The notes: generated from the sequence alone by a model not told the origin. A stretch of 24,000 nt of DNA from Promethearchaeia archaeon (GCA_046497275.1 JAWOFX010000172.1:1-24000); one strand, 5' to 3'; numbered from the stretch's first letter, positions 1-9,189 are shown. Program-made: numbers and translations.

Positions 1-98
1 AAGTCTTAATATATGAGAAAAAATCTTTTTTAATCCGAGAAAGAGAAAAACTTGAAGATCTTATTGAAAAGCAACAAATCCCAGACCATCTTAAATAA
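1..98 (+). CDS. 3' end of an unknown CDS (partial, runs off left edge)
   Basis: A frame with codons starting at nt 3 is open from the window edge to TAA at 96-98 (..VLIYEKKSFLIREREKLEDLIEKQQIPDHLK*). No recognisable motif. It is convergent with the kinase gene. Confidence 0.3.
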   Translation, partial: VLIYEKKSFLIREREKLEDLIEKQQIPDHLK

Positions 99-113
99 TG
101 TTTGTTTATTTGT

Positions 114-1607
114 TTAGCTTTTAGATAAGGGGATCATTAACACAAAATTAGTTCCTTTTTCATAATTGCCTTTTATACGTGATTGTATAGAGATCTCGCC
201 TTTATAGAATTCGATAATTTTTTTAACTAAAGATAACCCCAAACCTAAACCATTTGATTTGGTTGATGTTTCAAAATCACCCTTAAAAATTGTTTCTCTA
301 TGTGAGGGAGGGATACCTATTCCATTATCGATAAACTCTAATTTTACAAATTCCTTGTCATTTTTAGTGGTTTTAGCTGTATTTATATTTATTTTTATAG
401 GATCACTCTGATTATATTTGACAGCATTTATCAAAATATTTTCAAAAATATCTGTAATTAATTCATCTGCTCTTACATAAATAGGATCCTCTGGAATATT
501 GATCTCAAATTTGAGGTTTTTGTTTGAATAGTTTTCTTGTATATATTCCACAGTTTTTGCGATTTCCTCATTTATATTTATTGATTTTAACTGTTTTTCA
601 TAATTTTCAAGTTCTGTTAATCTAATCACGTTTTTTATTAGATTTGAACCCCGAAAAATTTGGTTTTTTATCTTATCGTGATATTTCTCTACATTATTTT
701 TTTCCATTTTATAAAGATCTAATGATGAGATAATATTCTGGAAAATATTATTAATATCATGAGCAAATAAATCTTTATAAAAATTGGTACGTTTATAGGT
801 TTGATTTAAAGATTGTTCTCTCTGTTTTAATTGTTGAAATAAGGCTTGTATCGGATTTTTAAGTCCAATTCGAACAATTCCAAGGTATATAAAATAAAAC
901 GAGATTATTTTAAAAATATGACCAATAATATTAGATATACCGTATAAATGTGTATAGAGAGTGAAAGCAAATTCAGAAATTATCGTTGCAATCAATGAAT
1001 AAATGATGAGTAAAAAAATTTCATGCGTAAAATCTCGCCTCCTCTTATAGAGTAAGACTATTGATATTAATAGAAATAAAATTATGATATATTCACTAAT
1101 AATTTTAAAATTGGTTAACCCACTTGCCGAAATGAAACAATCTGGAAAATAGCCATAAAATATCAAAAATAACATGATAAGAGTAACTACTGCATAGCAA
1201 ATTAGTAAGTTTGTATAATTTCCTTCAAATTTATAAGGAATCAAAGCAATTATGAATGAAATCGATTGCATATATCGAGCTAAAATCCATAATTGAGTAG
1301 GAAGATTAGCATCATATCCTACGAATATATTCATACCTTCATAAGAGAGTGTATGCAGTAAATCTATAAATGCTATGAAAAAAGAAGCAATTCCGTATCG
1401 TATAAAAAAACTTGATTCAGTAAAATTACGCGTATTCCACCCTATTATAAAAATACTTATTGCGATAACTATGCTGAATAATTCAGTAATAACATGGAAT
1501 AATAAAAAATTATAAGCACTAATTAATGAGATGGGGATTAATATTATTATAATTCCAAGTATTTTAACATAAGTTTTGGAGAGCAATTCGGTATTATTAT
1601 CTTTCAT
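114..1607 (-). CDS. membrane-bound sensor histidine kinase
   Basis: 497-aa ORF. The N-terminal half is a run of hydrophobic helices (polytopic membrane sensor). It is followed by H-box YKDLFAHDINNIFQNI, N-box NAVKYN, G1 DNGIGIP and G2 GLGLGLSLVKKIIE (HATPase_c). Confidence 0.85.
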   Translation of the reverse strand: MKDNNTELLSKTYVKILGIIIILIPISLISAYNFLLFHVITELFSIVIAISIFIIGWNTRNFTESSFFIRYGIASFFIAFIDLLHTLSYEGMNIFVGYDANLPTQLWILARYMQSISFIIALIPYKFEGNYTNLLICYAVVTLIMLFLIFYGYFPDCFISASGLTNFKIISEYIIILFLLISIVLLYKRRRDFTHEIFLLIIYSLIATIISEFAFTLYTHLYGISNIIGHIFKIISFYFIYLGIVRIGLKNPIQALFQQLKQREQSLNQTYKRTNFYKDLFAHDINNIFQNIISSLDLYKMEKNNVEKYHDKIKNQIFRGSNLIKNVIRLTELENYEKQLKSININEEIAKTVEYIQENYSNKNLKFEINIPEDPIYVRADELITDIFENILINAVKYNQSDPIKININTAKTTKNDKEFVKLEFIDNGIGIPPSHRETIFKGDFETSTKSNGLGLGLSLVKKIIEFYKGEISIQSRIKGNYEKGTNFVLMIPLSKS

Positions 1608-1852
1608 AAAATTCTCACAAATTGGGAGGGAAAAAAGTTAATCAAGAAAATAAAAATTTTTATTATTAGTAAATTTGTTTATAGTATTTATAATTATTAT
1701 TAGATTTAAAACCCAATCGAATATTTATAATTCTCTCAGATTAATCCTTCATAGAAATGGGAGGTTTTTTCAATAAAATTTTTTTTGTATGATCGAAGAA
1801 GCAATTATATTTTAAGATAATAAGATTTTTAAAAACAATAAATATATCTTGA

Positions 1853-2677
1853 TTATTTTAATGAGAGAACATCTCTCATCTCGTAGATTTTAGGTTCATT
1901 TTGCTCCATAACAAATTTAATAGCTTTAATTGCCCCTGTTGCGAAACAGTTTCTACTATGAGCTTGATGTTTAAATTCAATTCTTTCTCCAGAACCAGCA
2001 TATAAAACGATATGATCTCCTACAATATCGCCGGCTCTTATTGAATGAACTCCAATCTCATTCTTTGCTCCAACATTACGTTTATTAGGTCCTTTATCCC
2101 TTCCAAATTTTGCAACATCATCGAACTTACAATTAATCGCGTCACAAATAGTTTTCCCAATAGTAAGGGCTGTTCCAGAAGGAGAATCTAGCTTTCTATG
2201 ATGATGTGTTTCAATTATTTCTATATCCCAATCTTCTAAATATTTTGATAATATCGAAACCATTTTAAAGAACACATTAACTCCTGTTGCCATATTTGAT
2301 GAGATAACTGCGGGAATTTCATTTTTTTCCATAATTTCTCTGAATTTTTCTAAAAATGTATTAGATAATCCCGTGGTGCCAATCACACATCTAATTCCTT
2401 TTTTAGCGCATATTAAAGAATTTATCTCAGTCGCTTTTGCTACAGTAAAATCAACCGCAACCTCTGGATGAGTCTGCTCAACAATATCTTCAAGATTTTT
2501 TACATCTGATATAATGATTTGATTTGTGTCAGTTTCACTCACTAAATTTCCTAATTTTTTCCCGATATTTTTAATATCACATGCAGCGACGACTTCAATA
2601 TTTTCATCATTTAATGCTAGTTTTGATACTAATTTTCCCATTGAACCCGAAGGTCCAAAAATTAATAATTTAATCAC
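1853..2677 (-). CDS. dapB: 4-hydroxy-tetrahydrodipicolinate reductase
   Basis: 274 aa. It has an N-terminal Rossmann loop FGPSGSMG and the DapB signature ETHHHRKLDSPSGTAL. It sits immediately downstream of dapA on the same strand. Confidence 0.9.
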   Translation of the reverse strand: MIKLLIFGPSGSMGKLVSKLALNDENIEVVAACDIKNIGKKLGNLVSETDTNQIIISDVKNLEDIVEQTHPEVAVDFTVAKATEINSLICAKKGIRCVIGTTGLSNTFLEKFREIMEKNEIPAVISSNMATGVNVFFKMVSILSKYLEDWDIEIIETHHHRKLDSPSGTALTIGKTICDAINCKFDDVAKFGRDKGPNKRNVGAKNEIGVHSIRAGDIVGDHIVLYAGSGERIEFKHQAHSRNCFATGAIKAIKFVMEQNEPKIYEMRDVLSLK

Positions 2678-2704
2678 TCTAAAACACCTAATAAAAATAG
2701 ATTT

Positions 2705-3604
2705 TTATATTAAATTTTGCTGTTTCAATACAGCTTTTATTTTTTCTTTACTCTCTTCTAAAGGAGGAGTAAGTGGTAATCTCATTTTTCCATTCATAAT
2801 ATTCATAAGTTCAGCAGCATATTTTACAGGGCCTGGATTTGTTTCTATAAAAATTACTTTAAATAAATCATAGAGCTCCAAATGTTCTTTCCTTGCATTC
2901 CCCCATTTATGATTTCCCATTAATTTTATAAATTCTACCATACGTTTTGGAATAATATTAGATGCTACACTAATAACACCTTTACCTCCTAAAGCCATTA
3001 AGTGATAGGTCATTGGATCATCACCACTTAATACTATAAAATCCTCTGGAGTCATTTTAATAATTCTAGTTATTTGATTAATATCTCCACTTGCACATTT
3101 TATTCCTATAATATTATCTTTATTATATGCTAATTTAGAAATAGTTTCTGGTTCTAAATTGCGACCAGTTCTACTAGGAACATTATAAAGAATAATTGGA
3201 CTTGAAACTGCGTCGGCAATCGTAGCAAAGTGATCATAAAGAGAATGCTGTACTGGTTTATTATAATAAGGCACCACAATTAATAATCCATCTGCTCCTG
3301 CTTTTTCAGCATATTTACTTAAAGATATCGCCTCTCTGGTGGAATTACTTCCAGTACCCGCTAATACGAAAGGTTGCTTTCCACTTTTACGAGCTTCATC
3401 AATAGTAATGTCAATTGCTTGATGATGTTCATCATGAGAAAGAGTTGCACTCTCTCCAGTAGTTCCCATTGTTAAAAGGTGGCATCCATTTTCGATTTGA
3501 AAGCGTATGAACTCACGGTATTTTTTTTCATCGATAGACATGTCTTCTTTGAACGGAGTAATCATTGCCGTTATTACGGTATTATTCAACTTATCATGTG
3601 TCAT
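2705..3604 (-). CDS. dapA: 4-hydroxy-tetrahydrodipicolinate synthase
   Basis: 299 aa. Motifs GTTGESATLS, VVPYYNKP and the Schiff-base lysine context IGIKCASGD are typical of the DapA/NAL family. It forms an operon-like arrangement with dapB. Confidence 0.9.
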   Translation of the reverse strand: MTHDKLNNTVITAMITPFKEDMSIDEKKYREFIRFQIENGCHLLTMGTTGESATLSHDEHHQAIDITIDEARKSGKQPFVLAGTGSNSTREAISLSKYAEKAGADGLLIVVPYYNKPVQHSLYDHFATIADAVSSPIILYNVPSRTGRNLEPETISKLAYNKDNIIGIKCASGDINQITRIIKMTPEDFIVLSGDDPMTYHLMALGGKGVISVASNIIPKRMVEFIKLMGNHKWGNARKEHLELYDLFKVIFIETNPGPVKYAAELMNIMNGKMRLPLTPPLEESKEKIKAVLKQQNLI

Positions 3605-3730
3605 TTTAGTTTCCTCATTATTTTTCTTATATAAATATTTGACTTTATTTAAAATATTATTGATTTTCGAATAAATATCAATAAAATTAGTTGATTTGTG
3701 AAAGATAGGGAAAAAAATTACCAGAAAAAA

Positions 3731-4981
3731 TTAAATTCTGTTTTTCTTATCTTTTTCTAATTTCTTTTTTATAATAAAACCCATTCTGGACTGTAAACCC
3801 CATAAAGGGATAAAACCATAACTCAGCTTCTGATCAAAGGAACTTCCCGCATCATAAGTGGCTAGATTTAAATCATAAATTCCATAGGGAGATTCGCGAG
3901 CGACAACATTAGCAGAACCTTTAAATAATTTTAGCTTTACACTTCCGATTACTTTTTTATTAATTTCATCGATAAACGCTTGTAATGAATCTCTTAAAGG
4001 ATCAACCCATAATCCTTCATATGCAAGTTCAGTCCATCTCTGGTCCACTATACTTTTAAATGAATTCTCATGTTTAGTACATACATATTTCTCTAAATCT
4101 TTATGTGCTTTAATTAGAATAAGAGCTGCGGGTACTTCATATGTTTCTCGGGATTTTAATCCAATAGCACGATCTTCCATATGTTCTATCCTTCCAACTC
4201 CGTGCTTACATCCTAGTTCATGAAGTTTGAATACAATTTCCACTCCATTCATCCTCTCTCCATTTAATCCAATGGGAATTCCCTCCTCAAAATTAATAGT
4301 TATATTTTCAGGAGTGTCTGGTGCATTTTTAGGATTCTTGGTCCATACTTTCGAATCTTCTGGAGGTTCAATTTCTGGATGATCCAAAATATCACATTCA
4401 GCACTACGTCCAAATAAATTCTCATCAATACTATATTTTTTATTTTGATTTGGAATTGGAATACCATGCTGTTCTGCATATTTCATCTCCTCATCTCGTC
4501 CCATATTCCATTCGATGAGCGGTTGCAGTATTTCTATGTCTGGAGCATAGGCTTTAGCAGTTACGTTAAATCGAATCTGATCATTTCCTTTTCCGGTACA
4601 TCCGTGAGCAATTACCGGAATATTTTCTTTCTTAGCAATTTTTATAGCTTCAATAGCGATTAATGGTCTGCCGACAGCTGTACTCAGGGGATAAATTCCT
4701 TGATATAGCCCATTTGCTTTTATTACCGGAAAAATATATTCATTAACAAAAACTTCTTTCAGATCAACTATATAATGTTTTATCGTACCTAATTTTTTTG
4801 CTTTCTCCTCAATTTCTCTGAATCTGGTTGGATCCGCAAATTCTTGGCCTAAGTCCGCTGTAAACGTATAAACTTTAGCATTATAAGTTTCTTGTAGCCA
4901 TTTTAAAATAATGCTTGTGTCAAGACCTCCTGAATACATCAATAATATTTTCGAGTAGCTCTCCTTTTTAGATCCTAACAT
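3731..4981 (-). CDS. argG: argininosuccinate synthase
   Basis: Motifs are the ATP-PPase P-loop LMYSGGLDTS, HGCTGKGNDQIRF and a typical ArgG C-terminal half. The ORF track extends to 5074, but those extra 31 aa (MNKILYLILSLIFVKKPIIQNKKKYDILIIN) are hydrophobic and precede the conserved N-terminus. I therefore prefer the ATG at 4981 (MLGSKKESYSKILLMYSGGLDTS). The stop coordinate is secure. Confidence 0.9.
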   Translation of the reverse strand: MLGSKKESYSKILLMYSGGLDTSIILKWLQETYNAKVYTFTADLGQEFADPTRFREIEEKAKKLGTIKHYIVDLKEVFVNEYIFPVIKANGLYQGIYPLSTAVGRPLIAIEAIKIAKKENIPVIAHGCTGKGNDQIRFNVTAKAYAPDIEILQPLIEWNMGRDEEMKYAEQHGIPIPNQNKKYSIDENLFGRSAECDILDHPEIEPPEDSKVWTKNPKNAPDTPENITINFEEGIPIGLNGERMNGVEIVFKLHELGCKHGVGRIEHMEDRAIGLKSRETYEVPAALILIKAHKDLEKYVCTKHENSFKSIVDQRWTELAYEGLWVDPLRDSLQAFIDEINKKVIGSVKLKLFKGSANVVARESPYGIYDLNLATYDAGSSFDQKLSYGFIPLWGLQSRMGFIIKKKLEKDKKNRI

Positions 4982-5122
4982 ATTTATAATTAGTATATCA
5001 TATTTTTTCTTATTTTGGATTATTGGTTTTTTAACAAAAATTAAACTTAAAATTAAATATAGAATCTTATTCATTTATGATCGATGATAGTGAATAATTA
5101 TTAAATAAAAGGGGTTTAAAAA

Positions 5123-7000
5123 GTGAAAAGCGATAACTCCATCTTCTCAAATACTTTCTATAAAAATATTATAGACTCACTTGATATACCAATATTAATT
5201 ATAAAAAAAATAGATAATCAATTTCTTATTATTGATTGTAATCTTGCTAGTGTAGAGATTTTTGAAAGAAATAAAGGAGATTTATTTGATCTAGATATAA
5301 TAGAACTTTACAAGAATGAAAAAATTATAGAAGATTTGAAAGAATGTTTCAATAAAAAAACACAATTCTCAAAATTAAGAAAATTACAGTATTTAGAATC
5401 TAAAGAACCCAAAATACAGATTATAAAATATCATTATATTGAATCAAATATGGCATTTTTATACTTTCAAAGTATAGAAAAATGTTTTGGGGATACTAAA
5501 AATAACAAAATGCAAGAAAAATATGTTCTGGAGAATCTTATCGAGCATATAGTCTTTCAAGATAACAATCACACAATTTTATGGGCAAATGAAGCCGCAA
5601 TAAAATCTATAAATGCAGATTTAAGTGATTTGGTAGGTAAGAAATGTTACGAAGTATGGGCAAATAGAAGTACTCCTTGTGAGAACTGTCCTGTTGAAGC
5701 TGCTATTAAATCGGGGAAATCAGAAATTGGCCAACAATCAACTTATGATGGAAGAGGATGGTATATTAAAGGTTTTCCAGTTAAAGATACTTACAATAAT
5801 ATAATTGGAGCTATAGAATATACAATTGATATAACAGAATGGTCTAATTTAGAAAAAGAATTATTAAATAAAACTAGATTAATGCATAAAATAACAGAAA
5901 CAAGCCCTGTTGCAATTACTCTTTTAAATCTGGAGGGAAATATTATTTTTTCTAACAAACGAGCAAAAGAGATTTTTGGGTTAAAGAGAGAAGAGATGTT
6001 AAGTAGAAAGTATAATTCTAAAGAATGGCAAATACATGATTTAGATGGTAATCCTTTCCCCGACGAAGAATTACCATTTCGTAAAGTAATAGAAAGGAAA
6101 AAGCCATATTATGGTATTAAACATCGGATAACAAATTCCGATGGAGATATGAAATATTTATCTATAAATGCGGCACCTTTATTTGGTGAAAATAAAGAGC
6201 TGATCAATATAGTCACTTCTATTGAAGATATTACTGAACAAAAAAAAACAGAGCAAAAACTTATAGAATCAGAAAAAAAATATCGTGAAGCATATAGCCA
6301 AATCAACCTATATAAAGATATTTTTGCCCATGATATAAATAATATTTTACAAAATATTTCCACATCAATCGAACTCTTAGATATATATTCAAACGAGAGT
6401 TATGTTTCAGATAATTTTAATGAAATTATTAAGATTATTGAAAAACAAGTTATGAGAGGGGCAAATCTTAATTCTAATATAAATGTGTTATCTCAATTAG
6501 AAAATAAAATAGAATCTTTAAAGCCAATCAACGCTCTTACCTATTTGAGAAAATCAGTTAATAAAATTAAAGATCATATGAAATACGACAAAAATATTGA
6601 AATAGAGATCAAAAGACTCCCCGTGGGAAATGATGTTTATATCAGAGCAAATAGTTTGATTGAATATCTATTTGATAATATTCTATTAAACTCAATATTA
6701 CACAATAAAAATGATCTTATTACTATTGAAATTAATATTGCACGAAAAGAAATAGAAGATTCAGATTATTTAACGATTGAATTCATAGATAATGGTGTTG
6801 GATTCATAGATGATTTTAAAAAGGAAATTTTTAGAAATAGTAAGGAATATAAAAGATTGGAGGGAATAGGCTTAGGATTTATGTTGATAAAGAAAATCAT
6901 AGAAACCTATGTAGGAAAAATTGAGATTGAAAATCGGAACGCTGATGATCCAAGCCAAGGAAGTAGATTTCTTCTTGTTTTGCCTGCAGCAAATATTTGA
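5123..7000 (+). CDS. multi-PAS sensor histidine kinase (cytoplasmic)
   Basis: 625 aa with a GTG start preceded by AGGGG at about 8 nt. It has at least two PAS-like modules; one carries CYEVWANRSTPCENCPVEAAIKSG (C-x11-C-x2-C). It also has H-box YKDIFAHDINNILQNI, N-box LNSILHN, G1 DNGVGF and G2 GIGLGFMLIKKIIE. The H-box region is paralogous to the 114-1607 kinase. Confidence 0.85.
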   Translation: MKSDNSIFSNTFYKNIIDSLDIPILIIKKIDNQFLIIDCNLASVEIFERNKGDLFDLDIIELYKNEKIIEDLKECFNKKTQFSKLRKLQYLESKEPKIQIIKYHYIESNMAFLYFQSIEKCFGDTKNNKMQEKYVLENLIEHIVFQDNNHTILWANEAAIKSINADLSDLVGKKCYEVWANRSTPCENCPVEAAIKSGKSEIGQQSTYDGRGWYIKGFPVKDTYNNIIGAIEYTIDITEWSNLEKELLNKTRLMHKITETSPVAITLLNLEGNIIFSNKRAKEIFGLKREEMLSRKYNSKEWQIHDLDGNPFPDEELPFRKVIERKKPYYGIKHRITNSDGDMKYLSINAAPLFGENKELINIVTSIEDITEQKKTEQKLIESEKKYREAYSQINLYKDIFAHDINNILQNISTSIELLDIYSNESYVSDNFNEIIKIIEKQVMRGANLNSNINVLSQLENKIESLKPINALTYLRKSVNKIKDHMKYDKNIEIEIKRLPVGNDVYIRANSLIEYLFDNILLNSILHNKNDLITIEINIARKEIEDSDYLTIEFIDNGVGFIDDFKKEIFRNSKEYKRLEGIGLGFMLIKKIIETYVGKIEIENRNADDPSQGSRFLLVLPAANI

Positions 7001-7272
7001 GATTATTTTTTATTCTTTCCGATTTATTGTACAATCACTATAAAGTAAAAAAAATTAAATAGTTCATAAATTATATTTTAATAAAATCTTAGATTTTTAA
7101 TGATATTTTTATAAATTTCTTTCCTAGTTGGGAGGAGGATCATTTTAACTACAAAGAACTGCCATAAAAAAGTCCTAAAGAAAAAAACATATCATTATAA
7201 TTATAGTAAATCCTTGGCGGAAACTTTTATAAGATTATATTTGGAGGGATAAAAATTACTTCAGTATTCATT

Positions 7273-7626
7273 GTGGAAGATGATAGATCAATACAGACCT
7301 TATATAAAAAGTTTCTTGATTTATACGGTTTTAATGTAGCCGGAACCGCCAGTAATGGTGAAGAAGCTGTCCAAAAATTTAGATCTTTTATTAAAAAACC
7401 AGATATAATACTTATGGATCATAGAATGCCAGTTAAAGACGGAATTGAAGCTACAAAAGAAATTCTCTCCATAGATAGTAGTATCAATATAATTTTTGCT
7501 AGTGCAGATAAAACAATAATGGATGAAGCACAAAAGTTGGGTATAATTAGTTTTCTTGAAAAACCATTTAGTTTAGAAATCCTGATTGATTGTATTAAAA
7601 ATCTGGGAACCCAAAAATCAGTTTAG
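7273..7626 (+). CDS. single-domain response regulator (CheY-like receiver)
   Basis: It has the acidic pair VEDD, the phospho-acceptor context IILMDHRMPVKDG, and the conserved Lys in LEKPF. There is no output domain. The first canonical start (GTG 7273) cuts off strand beta-1, which is encoded in frame upstream (KITSVFI), so the true start may be ATA 7249 or ATT 7255 after GGAGGG 7243-7248. Confidence 0.85.
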   Translation: MEDDRSIQTLYKKFLDLYGFNVAGTASNGEEAVQKFRSFIKKPDIILMDHRMPVKDGIEATKEILSIDSSINIIFASADKTIMDEAQKLGIISFLEKPFSLEILIDCIKNLGTQKSV

Positions 7627-7679
7627 TCCTCTCCAGCCGGAGAATCAAAAAATTGTTCTAGATTATAAGGATTGATTAT

Positions 7680-7787
7680 TTAGATAAATTCAAAGGAAGT
7701 TTAATTGGGACTGCCCTCGGAGATACTCTTGGGCGTCCATTCGAAGGAAAGCTTAGGAACAGCATACGTGGAAATTTTGAATCCTAA
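7680..7787 (+). pseudogene. N-terminal fragment of an ADP-ribosylglycohydrolase-family gene (remnant)
   Basis: The in-frame translation LDKFKGSLIGTALGDTLGRPFEGKLRNSIRGNFES* matches the characteristic N-terminus of ADP-ribosylglycohydrolases (D-x-F-x-G-x-L-x-G-x-A-x-GD-x-LG-x-P-x-E). The frame opens only at 7662, has no ATG/GTG/TTG start, and stops after about 35 codons. It is locally GC-richer than its surroundings. Confidence 0.45.
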
Positions 7788-7849
7788 ATATTGCCGAAAG
7801 ACTACATGGTAAATTTCAAAAATGAGTTTTTATTTATGTTTCTCATAAT

Positions 7850-8476
7850 TTAGAAAGAGTTACTCGAAATATTCACAGCGTTGAAATATTTTTTTGCCAA
7901 TCTGGCATAATAATAGAAAAAATATGCCATAATAAGAAAGAAGATTGAGGTAAAAAAAATGGAAAAAATTAGGAAAGATGAATTTAAGAATAGCGGGAAA
8001 AACAAAATTAAGGCTAAAATGCCTGCTAAATTTATTAATGAATATAATAAAGTAAGTTTAGCATAATTATGAAAACCTTTTTGAGGATTTTCTTTTTTTA
8101 AGACTTTTAGACATCTATAACAGATTAAAGAGCCGTCCTGATTCTTTTTTTGGTCTCTTTTAAACTTTCTTAGAATTGTAAAAATATTTCTAATATTTCG
8201 TTTACATATAGAACATTTAAATTGATTGCTGATTAATGACATATCATCCAAAATTTTTGTAATTTCAGACTTAGGAAAAAAACATTTATCGTTCTTATAA
8301 TTTTGGCAAGTTATACAAGTCAAGTTTTTAAAAGTTAGAAAATTTAATGCAAAATCATAAGTAGAATATTTCATGATATCATATGCTGAGTGATTTTTAC
8401 AAAGTACAAAACCATTCTTATTTATTTTAAATTTTGGGATAATATAATCCCGATTATTCAAATCTCTCTTGCCCAT
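7850..8476 (-). CDS. Cys-rich (zinc-ribbon-like) protein with C-terminal transmembrane anchor
   Basis: 208 aa. Paired cysteines (CKNH, CITCQNYKNDKC, CSICKRN, CYRC) suggest two zinc ribbons. The C-terminal ~70 aa are two hydrophobic helices (LTLLYSLINLAGILALILFFPLFL, IFSIFFTSIFFLIMAYFFYYY). No family was recognised. Confidence 0.55.
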   Translation of the reverse strand: MGKRDLNNRDYIIPKFKINKNGFVLCKNHSAYDIMKYSTYDFALNFLTFKNLTCITCQNYKNDKCFFPKSEITKILDDMSLISNQFKCSICKRNIRNIFTILRKFKRDQKKNQDGSLICYRCLKVLKKENPQKGFHNYAKLTLLYSLINLAGILALILFFPLFLNSSFLIFSIFFTSIFFLIMAYFFYYYARLAKKYFNAVNISSNSF

Positions 8477-8640
8477 ATCTTTTCGTTTTTGTAATAATAT
8501 TATCGTGGTTATAAAATTTAAGCTATGAGAGAATAAATAAGAATTTAAATTTTATTTTCTTAACAAGAGAAATCTGATTATGCTTCGAGAAAGAATAAAA
8601 AAATTAAAAATACACGAAATATTTATTATTTTATACCGAG

Positions 8641-8650
8641 TTTAAAAATT
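8641..8650 (+). promoter_or_regulatory. TATA-like box upstream of tRNA-Pro
   Basis: TTTAAAAATT lies about 28-37 nt upstream of tRNA position 1. This spacing is compatible with an archaeal TATA box. It is a weak call in AT-rich DNA. Confidence 0.3.
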
Positions 8651-8677
8651 TTCTTCTAACACTCGTTTCATAAAAAC

Positions 8678-8751
8678 GGGAGGGTAGTCTAGCTTGGTAT
8701 GATTCCTGGTTTGGGACCAGGAGGCCGCGGGTTCGAATCCCGTCTCTCCCA
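8678..8751 (+). tRNA. tRNA-Pro (anticodon UGG)
   Basis: I folded the cloverleaf by hand.
- Acceptor: GGGAGGG / CTCTCCC, 7 bp with one G-U.
- D arm: GTCT / TGAT, with a GG-containing loop.
- Anticodon arm: stem CCTGG / CCAGG, loop TTTGGGA, so anticodon TGG with G37.
- Variable loop: AGGCC.
- T arm: GCGGG-TTCGAAT-CCCGT.
- Discriminator: A, with no encoded CCA.
G1-C72 is archaeal/eukaryal-style for tRNA-Pro. Confidence 0.93.
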
Positions 8752-8757
8752 TTTTTT
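8752..8757 (+). terminator. oligo-T termination signal after tRNA-Pro
   Basis: A run of six T begins immediately after the discriminator base. Archaeal RNA polymerase terminates at such T-runs. Confidence 0.5.
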
Positions 8758-8814
8758 ACTTTCTAATAAATTTAAGTAATTAGAATACTTTTATAGTTTT
8801 TATCAAAATTATTT

Positions 8815-9081
8815 TCAGTTTTTTTCATATTCTTCAATAATAAGCGTTTCAGGAATGATTTCTAATATAGTTGAAATAAAGGAAATCATAACGGCCAAAT
8901 TGGAGGTAATAATCTTATAATATTTATGAAATCTTCTCTTCTGTTTGATTTTGATATTCTCATTAAAGAATTCTAAAACATCAACTATATCTTTTTCAAA
9001 TTCAGTATCACGCTCAATCCACGCAACTATATTTGAATATTTCTTATCTAAATCTTTTTTTAACTTTAATTTAATTATCAT
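8815..9081 (-). CDS. hypothetical small protein
   Basis: 88-aa ORF, charged in the N-terminal half with one hydrophobic segment (LAVMISFISTILEII). No motif was recognised. The coding call rests on ORF length only. Confidence 0.4.
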   Translation of the reverse strand: MIIKLKLKKDLDKKYSNIVAWIERDTEFEKDIVDVLEFFNENIKIKQKRRFHKYYKIITSNLAVMISFISTILEIIPETLIIEEYEKN

Positions 9082-9189
9082 AATATTTGAATGAAGAAAA
9101 CTCTCGTATTTTAAGTTAATAATAAGTTAGGATTAATCTTCTTAAACACATAGATTTCTTCGAAAAAATATTAAAACAAAAGAAAAAAA

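Noticed and set aside
2526-2873. 115-aa plus-strand ORF spanning the dapB/dapA junction
   Set aside because: It lies entirely antisense to two well-supported genes (dapB and dapA). Its low-complexity F/I/S-rich translation is typical of shadow ORFs in AT-rich DNA.
4445-4663. 72-aa plus-strand ORF inside argG
   Set aside because: It is antisense to the conserved argG core and has no motif. It is a shadow ORF.
4982-5074. 31-codon N-terminal extension of argG in the ORF track
   Set aside because: The extension is hydrophobic and signal-like, and it precedes the position where ArgG proteins normally begin (about 10-15 aa before YSGGLDTS). It is more likely 5' leader than coding. This is not certain without orthologs or transcription-start-site data.
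6109-6363. 84-aa minus-strand ORF inside the PAS kinase gene
   Set aside because: It is antisense to a strongly supported CDS and has no recognisable features.
7321-7533. 70-aa minus-strand ORF inside the response regulator gene
   Set aside because: It is antisense to the receiver domain CDS. It is a shadow ORF.
8678-8751. tRNA-Pro as the attachment site of an integrated element
   Set aside because: No integrase sits next to it, and I could find no repeat of the tRNA 3' half elsewhere in the window. The accessory island begins more than 6 kb away and is bounded by hydrolase paralogs instead.
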